From Lachnospiraceae bacterium (GTDB lineage: Bacteria; Bacillota; Clostridia; TANB77; CAG-508): a stretch of DNA of 48,804 nucleotides. The stretch's first letter is position 1. The number at the start of each line of letters is the position of its first letter. A program made the position numbers and the translations under genes. The stretch lies in contig JAISHG010000121.1 in the NCBI GenBank assembly GCA_031262685.1, positions 1 to 48,804 of the forward strand, in the 5' to 3' direction. Shown one piece after another: positions 1-8,749 of the stretch. A model generated the notes under the pieces. That model was not told where the DNA came from, ran no database searches, and saw only the letters and a list, made by a program, of their open reading frames with translations.

Positions 1-1
1 T

Positions 2-520
2 TATATAGATTATGACCATGCACAAGCAAATGCAGAGAGTATGTATTCTAATGCAAATGTGGAGAGTGGATTAATAACAGGAACACAGTGGGATGTAATA
101 ATGAAATGGATAGAGAATAGTGGATATAATGTACGTACAGATAGTAGTAGCTTTGGAAATTATGCAAATACAATATGGACTACAAGCGCAATGGACGATT
201 GTAGTGATTACAATATAGGAAATAATTGGACAAGTGGAACCAAAGGCGTTGCTGATCCTTCGTTAGGTTTTTCTGTGTATATGAAAAATATTGCATTATT
301 TAAAACAGGATCTGCTACAACTATAGCAAATAATATATATGATATTGCAGGTAATGCGGGTGAATGGACTAGCGAGATGCATTCTACGAATAGAGTTATA
401 CGCGGTGGAGCTGCGAGTTCTAACAGCTATGAATGCCCTGCAACTTACCGTATGAGCAGGGATATGGCAATGAACAATGACGTGGTAACATCCTTCCGCG
501 TTGCACTTTATTTAAAATAG
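2..520 (+). CDS. 3' part of a gene entering from upstream; FGE-sulfatase (SUMF1/DUF323)-like C-terminal domain
   Basis: The frame is open from base 2. Blocks AGNAGEWTSEM, RVIRGGAASS and TSFRVALY resemble the conserved blocks of FGE-like domains. Stop TAG at 518-520. GC is visibly higher than in the neighbouring genes. Confidence 0.45.
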   Translation, partial: YIDYDHAQANAESMYSNANVESGLITGTQWDVIMKWIENSGYNVRTDSSSFGNYANTIWTTSAMDDCSDYNIGNNWTSGTKGVADPSLGFSVYMKNIALFKTGSATTIANNIYDIAGNAGEWTSEMHSTNRVIRGGAASSNSYECPATYRMSRDMAMNNDVVTSFRVALYLK

Positions 521-554
521 ATGCAATAATGTAATATTATAAGATACAATTTTT

Positions 555-586
555 GGGTCGCTGCACATAGCGATCCTTATATTTTT
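555..586 (+). terminator. stem-loop after the first CDS
   Basis: gggtcgct-gcacat-agcgatcc forms an 8-bp stem, followed by ttatattttt. Confidence 0.55.
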
Positions 587-677
587 AATTGACATTTGGC
601 TGGTTTTATTATACAAATATATATTATACATTTTAAATATTAAGAAACATATATACAAAAATCAAGGAGGAATTTTT

Positions 678-3443
678 ATGTCAGAAGAAAAAAAGGACTA
701 TGGAGCAACTTTAAATTTACCAAAAACAGATTTTCCAATGAGGGCGAGTTTACCAGAAAATGAGCCTAAAGTGCAGGAAAATGTATTTGATAAAGGTTTA
801 TATAAAAAAATATTAAAGAAAAACGAAGGAAATGAGCCATATGTGCTTCACGATGGACCTCCTTATGCAAATGGAGAAATACATATTGGTCACGCATTAA
901 ATAAAATTTTAAAAGACACTATAGTAAGATACAAAAACTTAAGAGGTTACTATACACCATATATACCAGGCTTCGATACACATGGCTTACCAACAGAAAA
1001 ACGTGCAATTCAAATGCTTGGAATAAATAGAGATGAAGTTAGTGTATCTCAGTTTAGAAATACATGTAGAGACTTTGCTTTAGGTTTTGTAGAAAAACAA
1101 ACAGAAGGCTTTAAAAGACTAGGCGTATTAGGAGATTGGGAAGACCCATATATAACACTTGAGCCGGAATTTGAATCTAGACAAATTGGTGTATTTGGAG
1201 AAATGTACGAAAAAGGATATATATACAAAGGCTTAAAACCAGTTTATTGGTGTACAGATTGCGAAACTGCATTAGCAGAAGCAGAAATAGAATATGCAGA
1301 CAGCAAAACAACTTCAATATATGTAAAATTTGCAGTAAAAAATAGCAAAGGTTTGTTTAACGAAAATAATACATACTTTGTAATATGGACAACAACACCT
1401 TGGACATTACCAGGAAATGTTGCAATTACAATAGGACCAGACTTTAAATATAGCTTGGTAAATGTAGGAGCAGAAAACTATGTTATAGCATCTGAACTTG
1501 TAGAAAACGTAATGAAAGAAGCAAAAATAGAAAACTATAAAATAGAAAAAACTTTTGAAGGAAGCGAGTTAGAAGGAGTTCTTTGCAAGCATCCATTTAT
1601 AGAAAGAGATTCAAAAGTAGTATTAGGTAGCGACGACACCATATTAGTTGAACTAGGTACTGGTACAGGAGCAGTTCATACAGCTCCGGGGTACGGTAAA
1701 GAAGATTATTTATGTGGAATAAAAAATGATTTAGAAATAGTAGTATGTGTAGATGGAAAAGGTTTTCAAACAGAAGGAGCAGGGCCATTTGCAGGTTTAA
1801 GATACGATAAATCAAACGAAAAAATAATAGAATGGCTAGAAGAAAACAATATGTTATTACACAAAGAAGAAATAAACCATTCATATCCACATTGTTGGAG
1901 ATGTAAAAATCCAATAATATTCAGAGCAACAGATCAGTGGTTTGCTTCAGTAGAAGGCTTTAGAGAAAAAACCTTAGAAGAAATTAAAAAAGTAAAATGG
2001 ATACCGGGATGGGGCGAAGAAAGAATATCTTCAATGATTAAAGACAGAGCCGATTGGTGTATATCTAGACAACGTACATGGGGAGTTCCAATTCCAATAT
2101 TCTATTGCGAAGACTGTAAAAAAGAATATATAACACACGAATCAATAGAAAAAGTTCAAAAAATATTTCGAGAAAAAGGTTCGAATGCATGGTATGATAT
2201 GAGCGTAGAAGAATTACTTCCAGAAGGCGCAAAATGTAAATGTGGACATACTCATTTTACTAAAGAAACAGACATTATGGACGTATGGTTTGATTCTGGT
2301 TCTTCACACGTTGCAGTGCTAGAAGAAAGAGGTTTGCCACCAGCTAACATGTACCTAGAAGGAAACGATCAATACAGAGGATGGTTCCAATCTTCTATAT
2401 TAACAGCAGTTGCAACAAAAGGAATAGCACCATATAAAGAAGTCTTAACGCACGGTTTTGTTATAGATGGAAACGGCAAGAAAATGTCAAAAAGTATGGG
2501 TAATTCAATAAGTCCACAAGAAATTATAAAAGAATATGGTGCAGATATTCTAAGATTATGGGTATTATCTTCAGATTATAAAAATGAAATTAGTTTATCT
2601 AAAGATATTTTAAAACAAATTACAGAAGTATATAGAAAAATAAGAAATACATGTAGATACATACTAGGAAATATAAGTGACTTTGATGTTAACAGTCCAG
2701 TAGAATACGAAAAAATGCCTGAAATAGATAAATGGGCATTACTAAAACTGAATTCACTAATAGAAAGCGTTACAAAAGATTTTGACGAATATGAGTTTCA
2801 CGCGGTATATCATAGTATAAACGATTTCTGTGTTGTAGATATGAGTAACTTCTATCTAGATATAATAAAAGATAGATTATACACATCAAAACCAAACTCT
2901 ATTGAAAGACGTTCAGCGCAAACCGTAATGTACGAAATATTATGTGCATTAGTAAAAATTCTTGCACCACTAACATGTTTTACAGCAGAAGAAATATGGA
3001 GTTTTATGCCACACAAAACAAACGAAACCTTCGAAAGTGTTATGCTTGCTAAGTGGCCAGAAACAAATGTAAAATATCAAAATAAAGAAATACAAGAAAA
3101 ATGGAGTAAAATAGTTAGCTTAAAAGAAGAGGTTTCAAAAAAATTAGAAATCGCAAGAGCAGAAAAGACAATAGGTCATTCATTAAATGCTAAAGTAGTA
3201 ATATATTTAGCAGATGAAGAATATGAATTCTTAAAGCCTATGAAAAAAGAATTAGAATCTGTATTTATAGTATCAGATTTGGAAATAGTAAAGGGAGAAA
3301 AAGACGATAAGATAGAAGTACAAATAGCTGAAGGAGAAAAATGCGAAAGATGTTGGAAATATTCTGTTACAGTAGGAGAAAATAAGGAAAACCCAACTAT
3401 TTGCAAAAGATGTAACGAAAATTTAATTGCGGATCATAATTAA
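678..3443 (+). CDS. ileS: isoleucine--tRNA ligase
   Basis: 921 aa. HIGH motif (PPYANGEIHIGH), KMSKS motif (GKKMSKS) and a C-terminal CERC...CKRC zinc knuckle. AAGGAGG RBS at 664-670. Confidence 0.97.
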   Translation: MSEEKKDYGATLNLPKTDFPMRASLPENEPKVQENVFDKGLYKKILKKNEGNEPYVLHDGPPYANGEIHIGHALNKILKDTIVRYKNLRGYYTPYIPGFDTHGLPTEKRAIQMLGINRDEVSVSQFRNTCRDFALGFVEKQTEGFKRLGVLGDWEDPYITLEPEFESRQIGVFGEMYEKGYIYKGLKPVYWCTDCETALAEAEIEYADSKTTSIYVKFAVKNSKGLFNENNTYFVIWTTTPWTLPGNVAITIGPDFKYSLVNVGAENYVIASELVENVMKEAKIENYKIEKTFEGSELEGVLCKHPFIERDSKVVLGSDDTILVELGTGTGAVHTAPGYGKEDYLCGIKNDLEIVVCVDGKGFQTEGAGPFAGLRYDKSNEKIIEWLEENNMLLHKEEINHSYPHCWRCKNPIIFRATDQWFASVEGFREKTLEEIKKVKWIPGWGEERISSMIKDRADWCISRQRTWGVPIPIFYCEDCKKEYITHESIEKVQKIFREKGSNAWYDMSVEELLPEGAKCKCGHTHFTKETDIMDVWFDSGSSHVAVLEERGLPPANMYLEGNDQYRGWFQSSILTAVATKGIAPYKEVLTHGFVIDGNGKKMSKSMGNSISPQEIIKEYGADILRLWVLSSDYKNEISLSKDILKQITEVYRKIRNTCRYILGNISDFDVNSPVEYEKMPEIDKWALLKLNSLIESVTKDFDEYEFHAVYHSINDFCVVDMSNFYLDIIKDRLYTSKPNSIERRSAQTVMYEILCALVKILAPLTCFTAEEIWSFMPHKTNETFESVMLAKWPETNVKYQNKEIQEKWSKIVSLKEEVSKKLEIARAEKTIGHSLNAKVVIYLADEEYEFLKPMKKELESVFIVSDLEIVKGEKDDKIEVQIAEGEKCERCWKYSVTVGENKENPTICKRCNENLIADHN

Positions 3444-3477
3444 TAGAATTGATTAAATATGTATTGGCAATAACTTG

Positions 3478-3520
3478 TGTAGGGGCGAGGTTCGTTGTAG
3501 GGGCGTATGATTACGCCCTG
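3478..3520 (+). repeat. REP-like GTAG-headed GC-rich hairpin: truncated copy plus full copy in tandem
   Basis: tgtaggggcg occurs at 3478-3487 and again at 3496-3505. The second copy pairs ggcgta / tacgcc, ending ccct at 3519. Confidence 0.6.
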
Positions 3521-3525
3521 ACCCG

Positions 3526-4782
3526 TTGAGAAGACCAAACTCCGTCCTAGCTAGAAAGAAGGTAACTTTTGTGTATCAAGATAATAAAAACAATATTTAT
3601 AAAATTATAATGATGCTGTTAATAACAATATTTGTAACAGTGTTAGTAACTATAATTTGTTACAACAGATACTTAGAAGCAGACGAGAATAGACTAAAAT
3701 ACATCACTTTATCAAAGTCTACAAGCAGTATAGAAAGTTTAACTGCAAAAGCGCGTGAAATGTTGAACCGTTACTATCTTGGTGAAATAAATGATGAAGA
3801 ACTTATTGAGGGAGCATTAAAAGGGTATGTAGATGCGTTAGGAGATGAATATACCGAATATTACACCCCAGACGAATGGTCTCAAATAGAAGATAGGCTT
3901 GTTGGTTCATACGTAGGGATTGGTGTGTATATTTTAAATTATACCTATACAAATCAAATAGTGGTAATATCGCCAATAGATGGGTCGCCGGCATATAATG
4001 CGGGAATAAAAACAGGAGATATAATAACCAAAGTAGATGGTGTGGAATATACAGGGGAACAAATAGATATAGCAACAAGTAAACTAAAAGGACTGCCAGA
4101 CACAAAAGTAAATGTAGAAATAATTCGTGGAGAAGAAGTTTTAACGTTCGAAATTGAAAGAAAAGAAATAATAGTAAATGAAGTAAAGTCAAAAATGTTA
4201 GAAAATAATATTGGATATATATCAATAGCAAGTTTCGATAAAGAAACAGCAAATCAGTTTAAAGAGCAAGCAGGAAAATTATTAGCAGAAGGAGCAAAAG
4301 GTTTAATAATAGACATAAGAAATAATGGCGGTGGATTAGTAGAAACTACATGCCAAATTGCAAGTTATATACTTCCAAGCAATTCTATTATCATGGTTCA
4401 AAAAAATAAGCAAAACGAAGAAAAGGCAATAATGTCTTCAGGACAAAACTTCATAAATACAAAAGTTGTGTTACTTGTAAATGAGAACTCTGCGAGCTCT
4501 TCGGAAATATTAGCAGGAGCTTTAAAGGAAAATAATGCAGCAACTTTAGTAGGCACAAAAACATTTGGTAAGGGAATAATGCAGAATATATATGGCTTCG
4601 AAGACGAAAATGGCAAAGTGGTATCTGCAATTAAAATAACAACGGAAGAGTTTTTTACACCAAACAAAAATACAATAAATGAAATAGGAATAGAACCAAA
4701 TGAGATAGTTGAATTGACTCAAGATGCAAAGGGAAATACAGTAGATACTCAATTAAATAGAGCTATTGAAATATTAAAATAG
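3526..4782 (+). CDS. S41 family C-terminal processing peptidase with PDZ domain
   Basis: N-terminal TM segment, PDZ block (GIKTGDIITKVDG), catalytic-Ser block NENSASSSEILAGAL and Lys block TFGKG. The TTG start at 3526 is doubtful; GVG at 3571 behind agaagg is more likely the true start (read: GTG at 3571). Confidence 0.85.
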   Translation: MRRPNSVLARKKVTFVYQDNKNNIYKIIMMLLITIFVTVLVTIICYNRYLEADENRLKYITLSKSTSSIESLTAKAREMLNRYYLGEINDEELIEGALKGYVDALGDEYTEYYTPDEWSQIEDRLVGSYVGIGVYILNYTYTNQIVVISPIDGSPAYNAGIKTGDIITKVDGVEYTGEQIDIATSKLKGLPDTKVNVEIIRGEEVLTFEIERKEIIVNEVKSKMLENNIGYISIASFDKETANQFKEQAGKLLAEGAKGLIIDIRNNGGGLVETTCQIASYILPSNSIIMVQKNKQNEEKAIMSSGQNFINTKVVLLVNENSASSSEILAGALKENNAATLVGTKTFGKGIMQNIYGFEDENGKVVSAIKITTEEFFTPNKNTINEIGIEPNEIVELTQDAKGNTVDTQLNRAIEILK

Positions 4783-4788
4783 ATACGT

Positions 4789-4817
4789 TTGACATAACGT
4801 GCCTAAAAGAGTAAAAT
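4789..4817 (+). promoter_or_regulatory. sigma-A type promoter
   Basis: TTGACA (4789-4794), 17-nt spacer, TAAAAT (4812-4817). Confidence 0.6.
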
Positions 4818-4875
4818 GGGGTTGCGATACATTTTTATTTCTTACGGCAAAACCACATTAATTAAGGAGTTTACT

Positions 4876-5115
4876 ATGGAGACTACATCGGCTATCCAAA
4901 TTCCGCCTAAGGTGGCAAAGTATCTGGAAGACCACGGGATTCCTGTGGACGAAATCACAAGCGTTGTACCTGGAAAATTCGTTAAGGACGGCGATTCAAA
5001 ATGTACTATTGAGTACAACTGCGAGACAAAAACCTACGGCACTATATATGTTGAATTAGAAAACTGTATGGCTGCTGAGGTGGATGAGTTTTTTTCTGAA
5101 ATATTTGAGCTGTAA
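4876..5115 (+). CDS. 79-aa acidic Cys-containing hypothetical protein, compositional outlier
   Basis: AAGGAG RBS at 4864-4869 and ATG at 4876. The gene has its own promoter and terminator. It uses GC-ending codons (CTG, GTG, GAC, GGC, ACC) that are rare in the neighbouring genes. Confidence 0.6.
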   Translation: METTSAIQIPPKVAKYLEDHGIPVDEITSVVPGKFVKDGDSKCTIEYNCETKTYGTIYVELENCMAAEVDEFFSEIFEL

Positions 5116-5125
5116 GAAAAGCGCG

Positions 5126-5151
5126 ACACGTCTATATTTAGGCGTGTTTTA
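5126..5151 (+). terminator. rho-independent terminator
   Basis: acacgtc-tatattta-ggcgtgt stem-loop followed by tttt. Confidence 0.55.
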
Positions 5152-5186
5152 TTATATGTCCTTTATTAACCTACTGACATAAAAAA

Positions 5187-5212
5187 TGTAGGGGTGTATT
5201 GCATACGCCCTA
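5187..5212 (+). repeat. REP-like GTAG-headed hairpin
   Basis: tgtaggggtgtat-tgc-atacgcccta, followed by ttaaag as in the 7157 copy. Confidence 0.6.
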
Positions 5213-5291
5213 TTAAAGAACCATTCTTGCAGAGCCATTTTTAAGAAATCATATTGACATAACTGCAACTAGTAAGATAAAATGGAAAATG

Positions 5292-5632
5292 AAGTAAGTT
5301 AAATAGTCGCATGTATGAACTGCAAAGTTGTACATGAGGAAAGTCCGGGCTCCACAGAGCAATAATGCTGGATAACGTCCAGTGAGGGAAACCTTAAGGA
5401 AAGTGCAACAGAAAATAACCGCCAATTTTTTGGTAAGGGTGAAAAGGTGAGGTAAGAGCTTACCGGCAACATGGAGACATGTTGCGTCAGTGTAAACCCC
5501 ATTTGGAGCAACACCTTAAAAAGAAGGCTAAGGCTGCTCGCCGTCTTCTACCTAGGTGGCTTGAGACATATAGCAATGTATGTTCTAGATAAATGACTAT
5601 TCTAGACAGAACCCGGCTTATCGATTTGCTTT
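5292..5632 (+). ncRNA. rnpB: RNase P RNA
   Basis: Universal P4 strands GAGGAAAGUCCGGGCUCCACAG (about 5335-5358) and ACAGAACCCGGCUUA (about 5606-5620). P1 pairing aagtaagtt (5292-5300) with gatttgctt (5623-5631). Confidence 0.9.
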
Positions 5633-5640
5633 ATTAAATT

Positions 5641-5672
5641 AAAAAATGCCATTCTACGAATGACATTTTTTT
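5641..5672. terminator. bidirectional terminator between rnpB and abrB
   Basis: A-tract, then atgccattc-tac-gaatgacat stem, then T-tract. Confidence 0.55.
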
Positions 5673-5684
5673 AAGTCTCTTAAA

Positions 5685-5933
5685 CTACTTCTTTAAAGCT
5701 TGTATTTTGCTCATACATTTAGAACAAACAAGTTTGTCTTCAAAATGCTCCAAATTTTTTGTTCCTCCACAAAATACGCAACTTGTTTCAAATTTTTTTA
5801 AAACGATGTTAGAACCATCAACAAATATTTCTAATGGATCTCTTTCTAAAAGACCTAACTTATTTCTCAATTCTATTGGTAAAACTATTCTTCCAAGTTC
5901 ATCTAATTTTCTAACAACCCCCGTAGATTTCAT
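5685..5933 (-). CDS. abrB: AbrB-family transition-state regulator with C-terminal 4-Cys tail
   Basis: MKSTGVVRKLDELGRIVLPIELRNKLG matches the AbrB swapped-hairpin N-domain. The start was trimmed to the M of MKSTG (5933). The C-terminus carries CVFCG...CSKC. Confidence 0.85.
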   Translation of the reverse strand: MKSTGVVRKLDELGRIVLPIELRNKLGLLERDPLEIFVDGSNIVLKKFETSCVFCGGTKNLEHFEDKLVCSKCMSKIQALKK

Positions 5934-6148
5934 GCAAATCGTTCCTTTCATAATAAAATACATACAACCATATTTTAACATATACACAAATAAAGTCAAG
6001 TAAAAAAACTACAATTTTCTACAAAAATACACAAAAAAAGGAAAAACGGTGTGGAAAAAAGCGGGATTTTGTGGTATAGTAAAATTAGTTAAGATTTTGC
6101 TTGCTAGTGTGATAATATAAGTATATAACAAGGAAGGAGGAGAGTATT

Positions 6149-6949
6149 ATGAAAGACCCAACTTCACTACTGATTTTAGAAGATGACCCAATAGAAATAT
6201 TTAAATTCGAAGAATATATTAAACAAACTAAAGAAATTCAAATAATTAAGACAACAAATTCTACTGTAGATGCAATAGAATGCATCGAAAATAGTAATAT
6301 TGGAGCCGCAATCATAGATTTGGAATTACATCAAGGTATTGGTTCTGGGATAGAGTTTTTAAAGAAAATAAATGAGTTTCAAAATAGACCTATAGTTATA
6401 GTTACCACTAATGTATATTCAAATATTATATATAGCAAAATTCATGAGGGATTGGCAGATATAATATTTTATAAAAAGCAAAAAGATTACTCTCCTAAAT
6501 TAGTGATAGACTCTTTGCTAATGCTTGCTCAGGGCTTAGAATCAGCTGCAAACAACGAAATTAAAGTACAAGAATCAAATAAAATAGAGATAGATACAAA
6601 TCAGAAATTAGTAAACACTATAAACAAAGAATTAGATTTAATAGGAATTAGTTACAAATTAAAAGGCAGAGATTATATATTTGATGGGATATACTATCTA
6701 ATTGTAGAAGGTAATAAAAAGGCAGATGAACAAACAGTATTTCAATATTTATCGAAAAAAAACAAATTGTTAATTAGTAGTATAGGAAGAGCAATACAAA
6801 CAGCAATAACACACGCATGGAGAACTTCTCCTACAGAAGATTTAAAAGAAAACTATACAGCGAAAATAAATTATCATACAGGAGTTCCAACTCCAACAGA
6901 ATTTATATATTACTATGTTAGTAAAATTGAAACACTACTAAAAAAATAA
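6149..6949 (+). CDS. response regulator with divergent Spo0A-type C-terminal DNA-binding domain
   Basis: Receiver-like N-terminus (LILEDDP..., AAIIDLEL...). The C-terminal blocks GRAIQTAITHAW and PTPTEFIYYYVSKI parallel Spo0A RAIRHAIEVAW and PTNSEFIAMVADKL but are much more divergent than true Spo0A orthologs. Confidence 0.55.
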   Translation: MKDPTSLLILEDDPIEIFKFEEYIKQTKEIQIIKTTNSTVDAIECIENSNIGAAIIDLELHQGIGSGIEFLKKINEFQNRPIVIVTTNVYSNIIYSKIHEGLADIIFYKKQKDYSPKLVIDSLLMLAQGLESAANNEIKVQESNKIEIDTNQKLVNTINKELDLIGISYKLKGRDYIFDGIYYLIVEGNKKADEQTVFQYLSKKNKLLISSIGRAIQTAITHAWRTSPTEDLKENYTAKINYHTGVPTPTEFIYYYVSKIETLLKK

Positions 6950-7015
6950 AAAACCACCAATACAAACAAACATAAAACAAAATTCACAAATTAAGACAAA
7001 AATATGTTACACCAA

Positions 7016-7049
7016 AACACTTAAGGACAGTGTCCTAGGTGTTATTTTT
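7016..7049 (+). terminator. imperfect hairpin plus T-tract after the regulator gene
   Basis: aacac..ggac-agt-gtcc..gtgtt followed by attttt. Confidence 0.45.
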
Positions 7050-7078
7050 ATGCCATAGAAAAAAGGAGTGTGAATAAT

Positions 7079-7135
7079 ATGGCAGAATGGTGGTCAGGTG
7101 TATTAGAAATGGTAAGATATTGGTGTGGTAGATAG
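7079..7135 (+). CDS. 18-aa Trp-rich micropeptide MAEWWSGVLEMVRYWCGR
   Basis: Not in the ORF track because it is too short. AAAGGAG at 7061-7067 sits 8 nt upstream of the ATG at 7079. TAG at 7133-7135. The ORF lies between the Spo0A-like regulator gene and the kinase gene. Confidence 0.35.
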   Translation: MAEWWSGVLEMVRYWCGR

Positions 7136-7156
7136 TTTACCAATTGATTTGATTGT

Positions 7157-7181
7157 TGTAGGGGCGCATTATCGCGCCCTA
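7157..7181 (+). repeat. REP-like GTAG-headed hairpin
   Basis: tgtaggggcgc-attat-cgcgcccta, followed by ttaaac. Confidence 0.6.
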
Positions 7182-7200
7182 TTAAACGTGAAACATGATA

Positions 7201-7229
7201 TTGATTTTTCCTTTTAATTACATTATAAT
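7201..7229 (+). promoter_or_regulatory. sigma-A type promoter for the kinase gene
   Basis: TTGATT (7201-7206), 17-nt spacer, TATAAT (7224-7229). Confidence 0.65.
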
Positions 7230-7252
7230 ATTAGCGAAATTTGGAGGAAAAG

Positions 7253-8749
7253 ATGATAACAATTGATTTTATAAATAGTCTACTAAAAGTGCTAATTCTA
7301 AACATTTGTATTGTATATATTTTTGTAAGGATTATTCATTATACAGATATTAATTTTTCTAAAAAATTAAAACTTAATTTGTTTAATATAGTAGTATCCT
7401 TCTTATATGCTTTCTTTCTTGATAGAATTGGTTTACTTATGGATACAATACTTCTGATATTTGTAATTAGTGTCATCATGAAATTTATTACAAAAAAACA
7501 ATTAAATTATAGTGTTTTTATAACAATTATATCTGCAACTATTGCCTTTGTTGTTTTTATTATTTCGATAACAGGTACTGCACTGTTTGCAAAATCACCA
7601 ATATTTAATTTGAACCATTATGAATCTATAGGTATGATACTTGCTGGAGTATTAGAATTAGTATTCATAAACCGAATTTTCAAACTTAAGCGTTTTAAAA
7701 AAGGGCTTACGTTTCTAAAAGAAGAAAAATTTTCCGGAAATATTATGCTTTTAGGTATAGTTCTTAGCGGCATGGTAGTTATAATTTATACTATACTATC
7801 TAAAACTAAAAATGATGATACTACTGTAACCCTAATCTCCGGTGCGATTTTGGTTGCAATCGGTATATTTATTTGGGCTCAAAAATCTATAACATCACAT
7901 TACAAAAATTTATTAAAAAAAGATACTATTAAACTATTAGAAAGCGAACTTATAAAAGAAAAAGCAGAAAAGGATAAAATATACAAAGAATTAGAAACTA
8001 TAGCTACAATAAATCATAAATACGCACATAAAATATCTGCTTTAGAATATAAAATCGAAAAGTATAATTCTTTATTATCTGCTAATATTGAATTCTCAAA
8101 CGAAATTGCAAATATGAAAGATGCGGTAAAAGAATTGTCATCAGAATATACTGCAGAAATAACTAAGAAAATGGTGGGCTTGAAGGATTTATCTAAAACA
8201 GGATTCTTAAAAATAGATAATATGCTAGAGTATTTTAAGGCAAATGCACAAGAATGCAAAATAGATTTTGTTTTCGAGCAAGAAGTAGATATACGTGAAC
8301 TTGTTAATGAAATTATAGAAGAAGAACGTATAGAAATACTAATTGCAGATCATGTAAAAGACGCTATAATTGCAGTAGAGCATTCTAAAAATTTAAACAA
8401 AACAATTAAACTTAAGTTTTGTAAAGAAAATGGAATTTATGCATTAAAAATATATGATACAGGTATAGAGTTTGAAATAAATACCTTAACTAACTTGGGT
8501 GCAAAACCGATTACTACTTATAAGAAAGAAGGCGGAAGTGGATTGGGATTCATTACTACTTTTGAAACGTTAAAGAAATGCAAAGCCAGTTTATTTATAG
8601 AAGAATTTTGTCTGACAGAAAAAAACATCTATACAAAAGGAGTTTCAATACATTTTGATGGAAAAGAAGAATATAGAATTAAATCTTATAGAATGGAAGA
8701 AATTCTAAAATCTGCAGGTGAAAACAAAACATTTAAGGTAGTAGTATAG
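7253..8749 (+). CDS. polytopic sensor histidine kinase, AgrC/HPK10-like layout
   Basis: About six N-terminal hydrophobic segments, a coiled-coil linker, and GHKL ATPase blocks YDTGIEF and GGSGLGF. Candidate phospho-His in INHKYAHKI. The start was moved to ATG 7253 behind GGAGGAAAAG. Confidence 0.7.
   Translation: MITIDFINSLLKVLILNICIVYIFVRIIHYTDINFSKKLKLNLFNIVVSFLYAFFLDRIGLLMDTILLIFVISVIMKFITKKQLNYSVFITIISATIAFVVFIISITGTALFAKSPIFNLNHYESIGMILAGVLELVFINRIFKLKRFKKGLTFLKEEKFSGNIMLLGIVLSGMVVIIYTILSKTKNDDTTVTLISGAILVAIGIFIWAQKSITSHYKNLLKKDTIKLLESELIKEKAEKDKIYKELETIATINHKYAHKISALEYKIEKYNSLLSANIEFSNEIANMKDAVKELSSEYTAEITKKMVGLKDLSKTGFLKIDNMLEYFKANAQECKIDFVFEQEVDIRELVNEIIEEERIEILIADHVKDAIIAVEHSKNLNKTIKLKFCKENGIYALKIYDTGIEFEINTLTNLGAKPITTYKKEGGSGLGFITTFETLKKCKASLFIEEFCLTEKNIYTKGVSIHFDGKEEYRIKSYRMEEILKSAGENKTFKVVV

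Noticed and set aside
521-677. Expected T-box leader upstream of ileS.
   Set aside because: The gap is only about 157 nt, and I see no T-box 14-mer (AAUUAGGGUGGUACCGCG-like) or specifier-loop architecture. Only a terminator of the upstream gene and a possible promoter are present.
1597-1914. Minus-strand ORFs nested inside + strand genes (for example 1597..1914, 3803..4252, 11153..11461, 20684..21106, 41827..42258, 43628..44107, and the + strand ORFs inside the recombinase gene).
   Set aside because: Their translations are Leu/Phe/Ile/Ser-rich and low in complexity, as expected for antisense reading of AT-rich coding DNA. They have no RBS and fully overlap well-supported genes.
5299-5514. 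71-aa minus-strand ORF, and the + strand ORF 5707..6003.
   Set aside because: The first lies entirely within the RNase P RNA gene. The second is antisense to abrB. Neither has translation signals.
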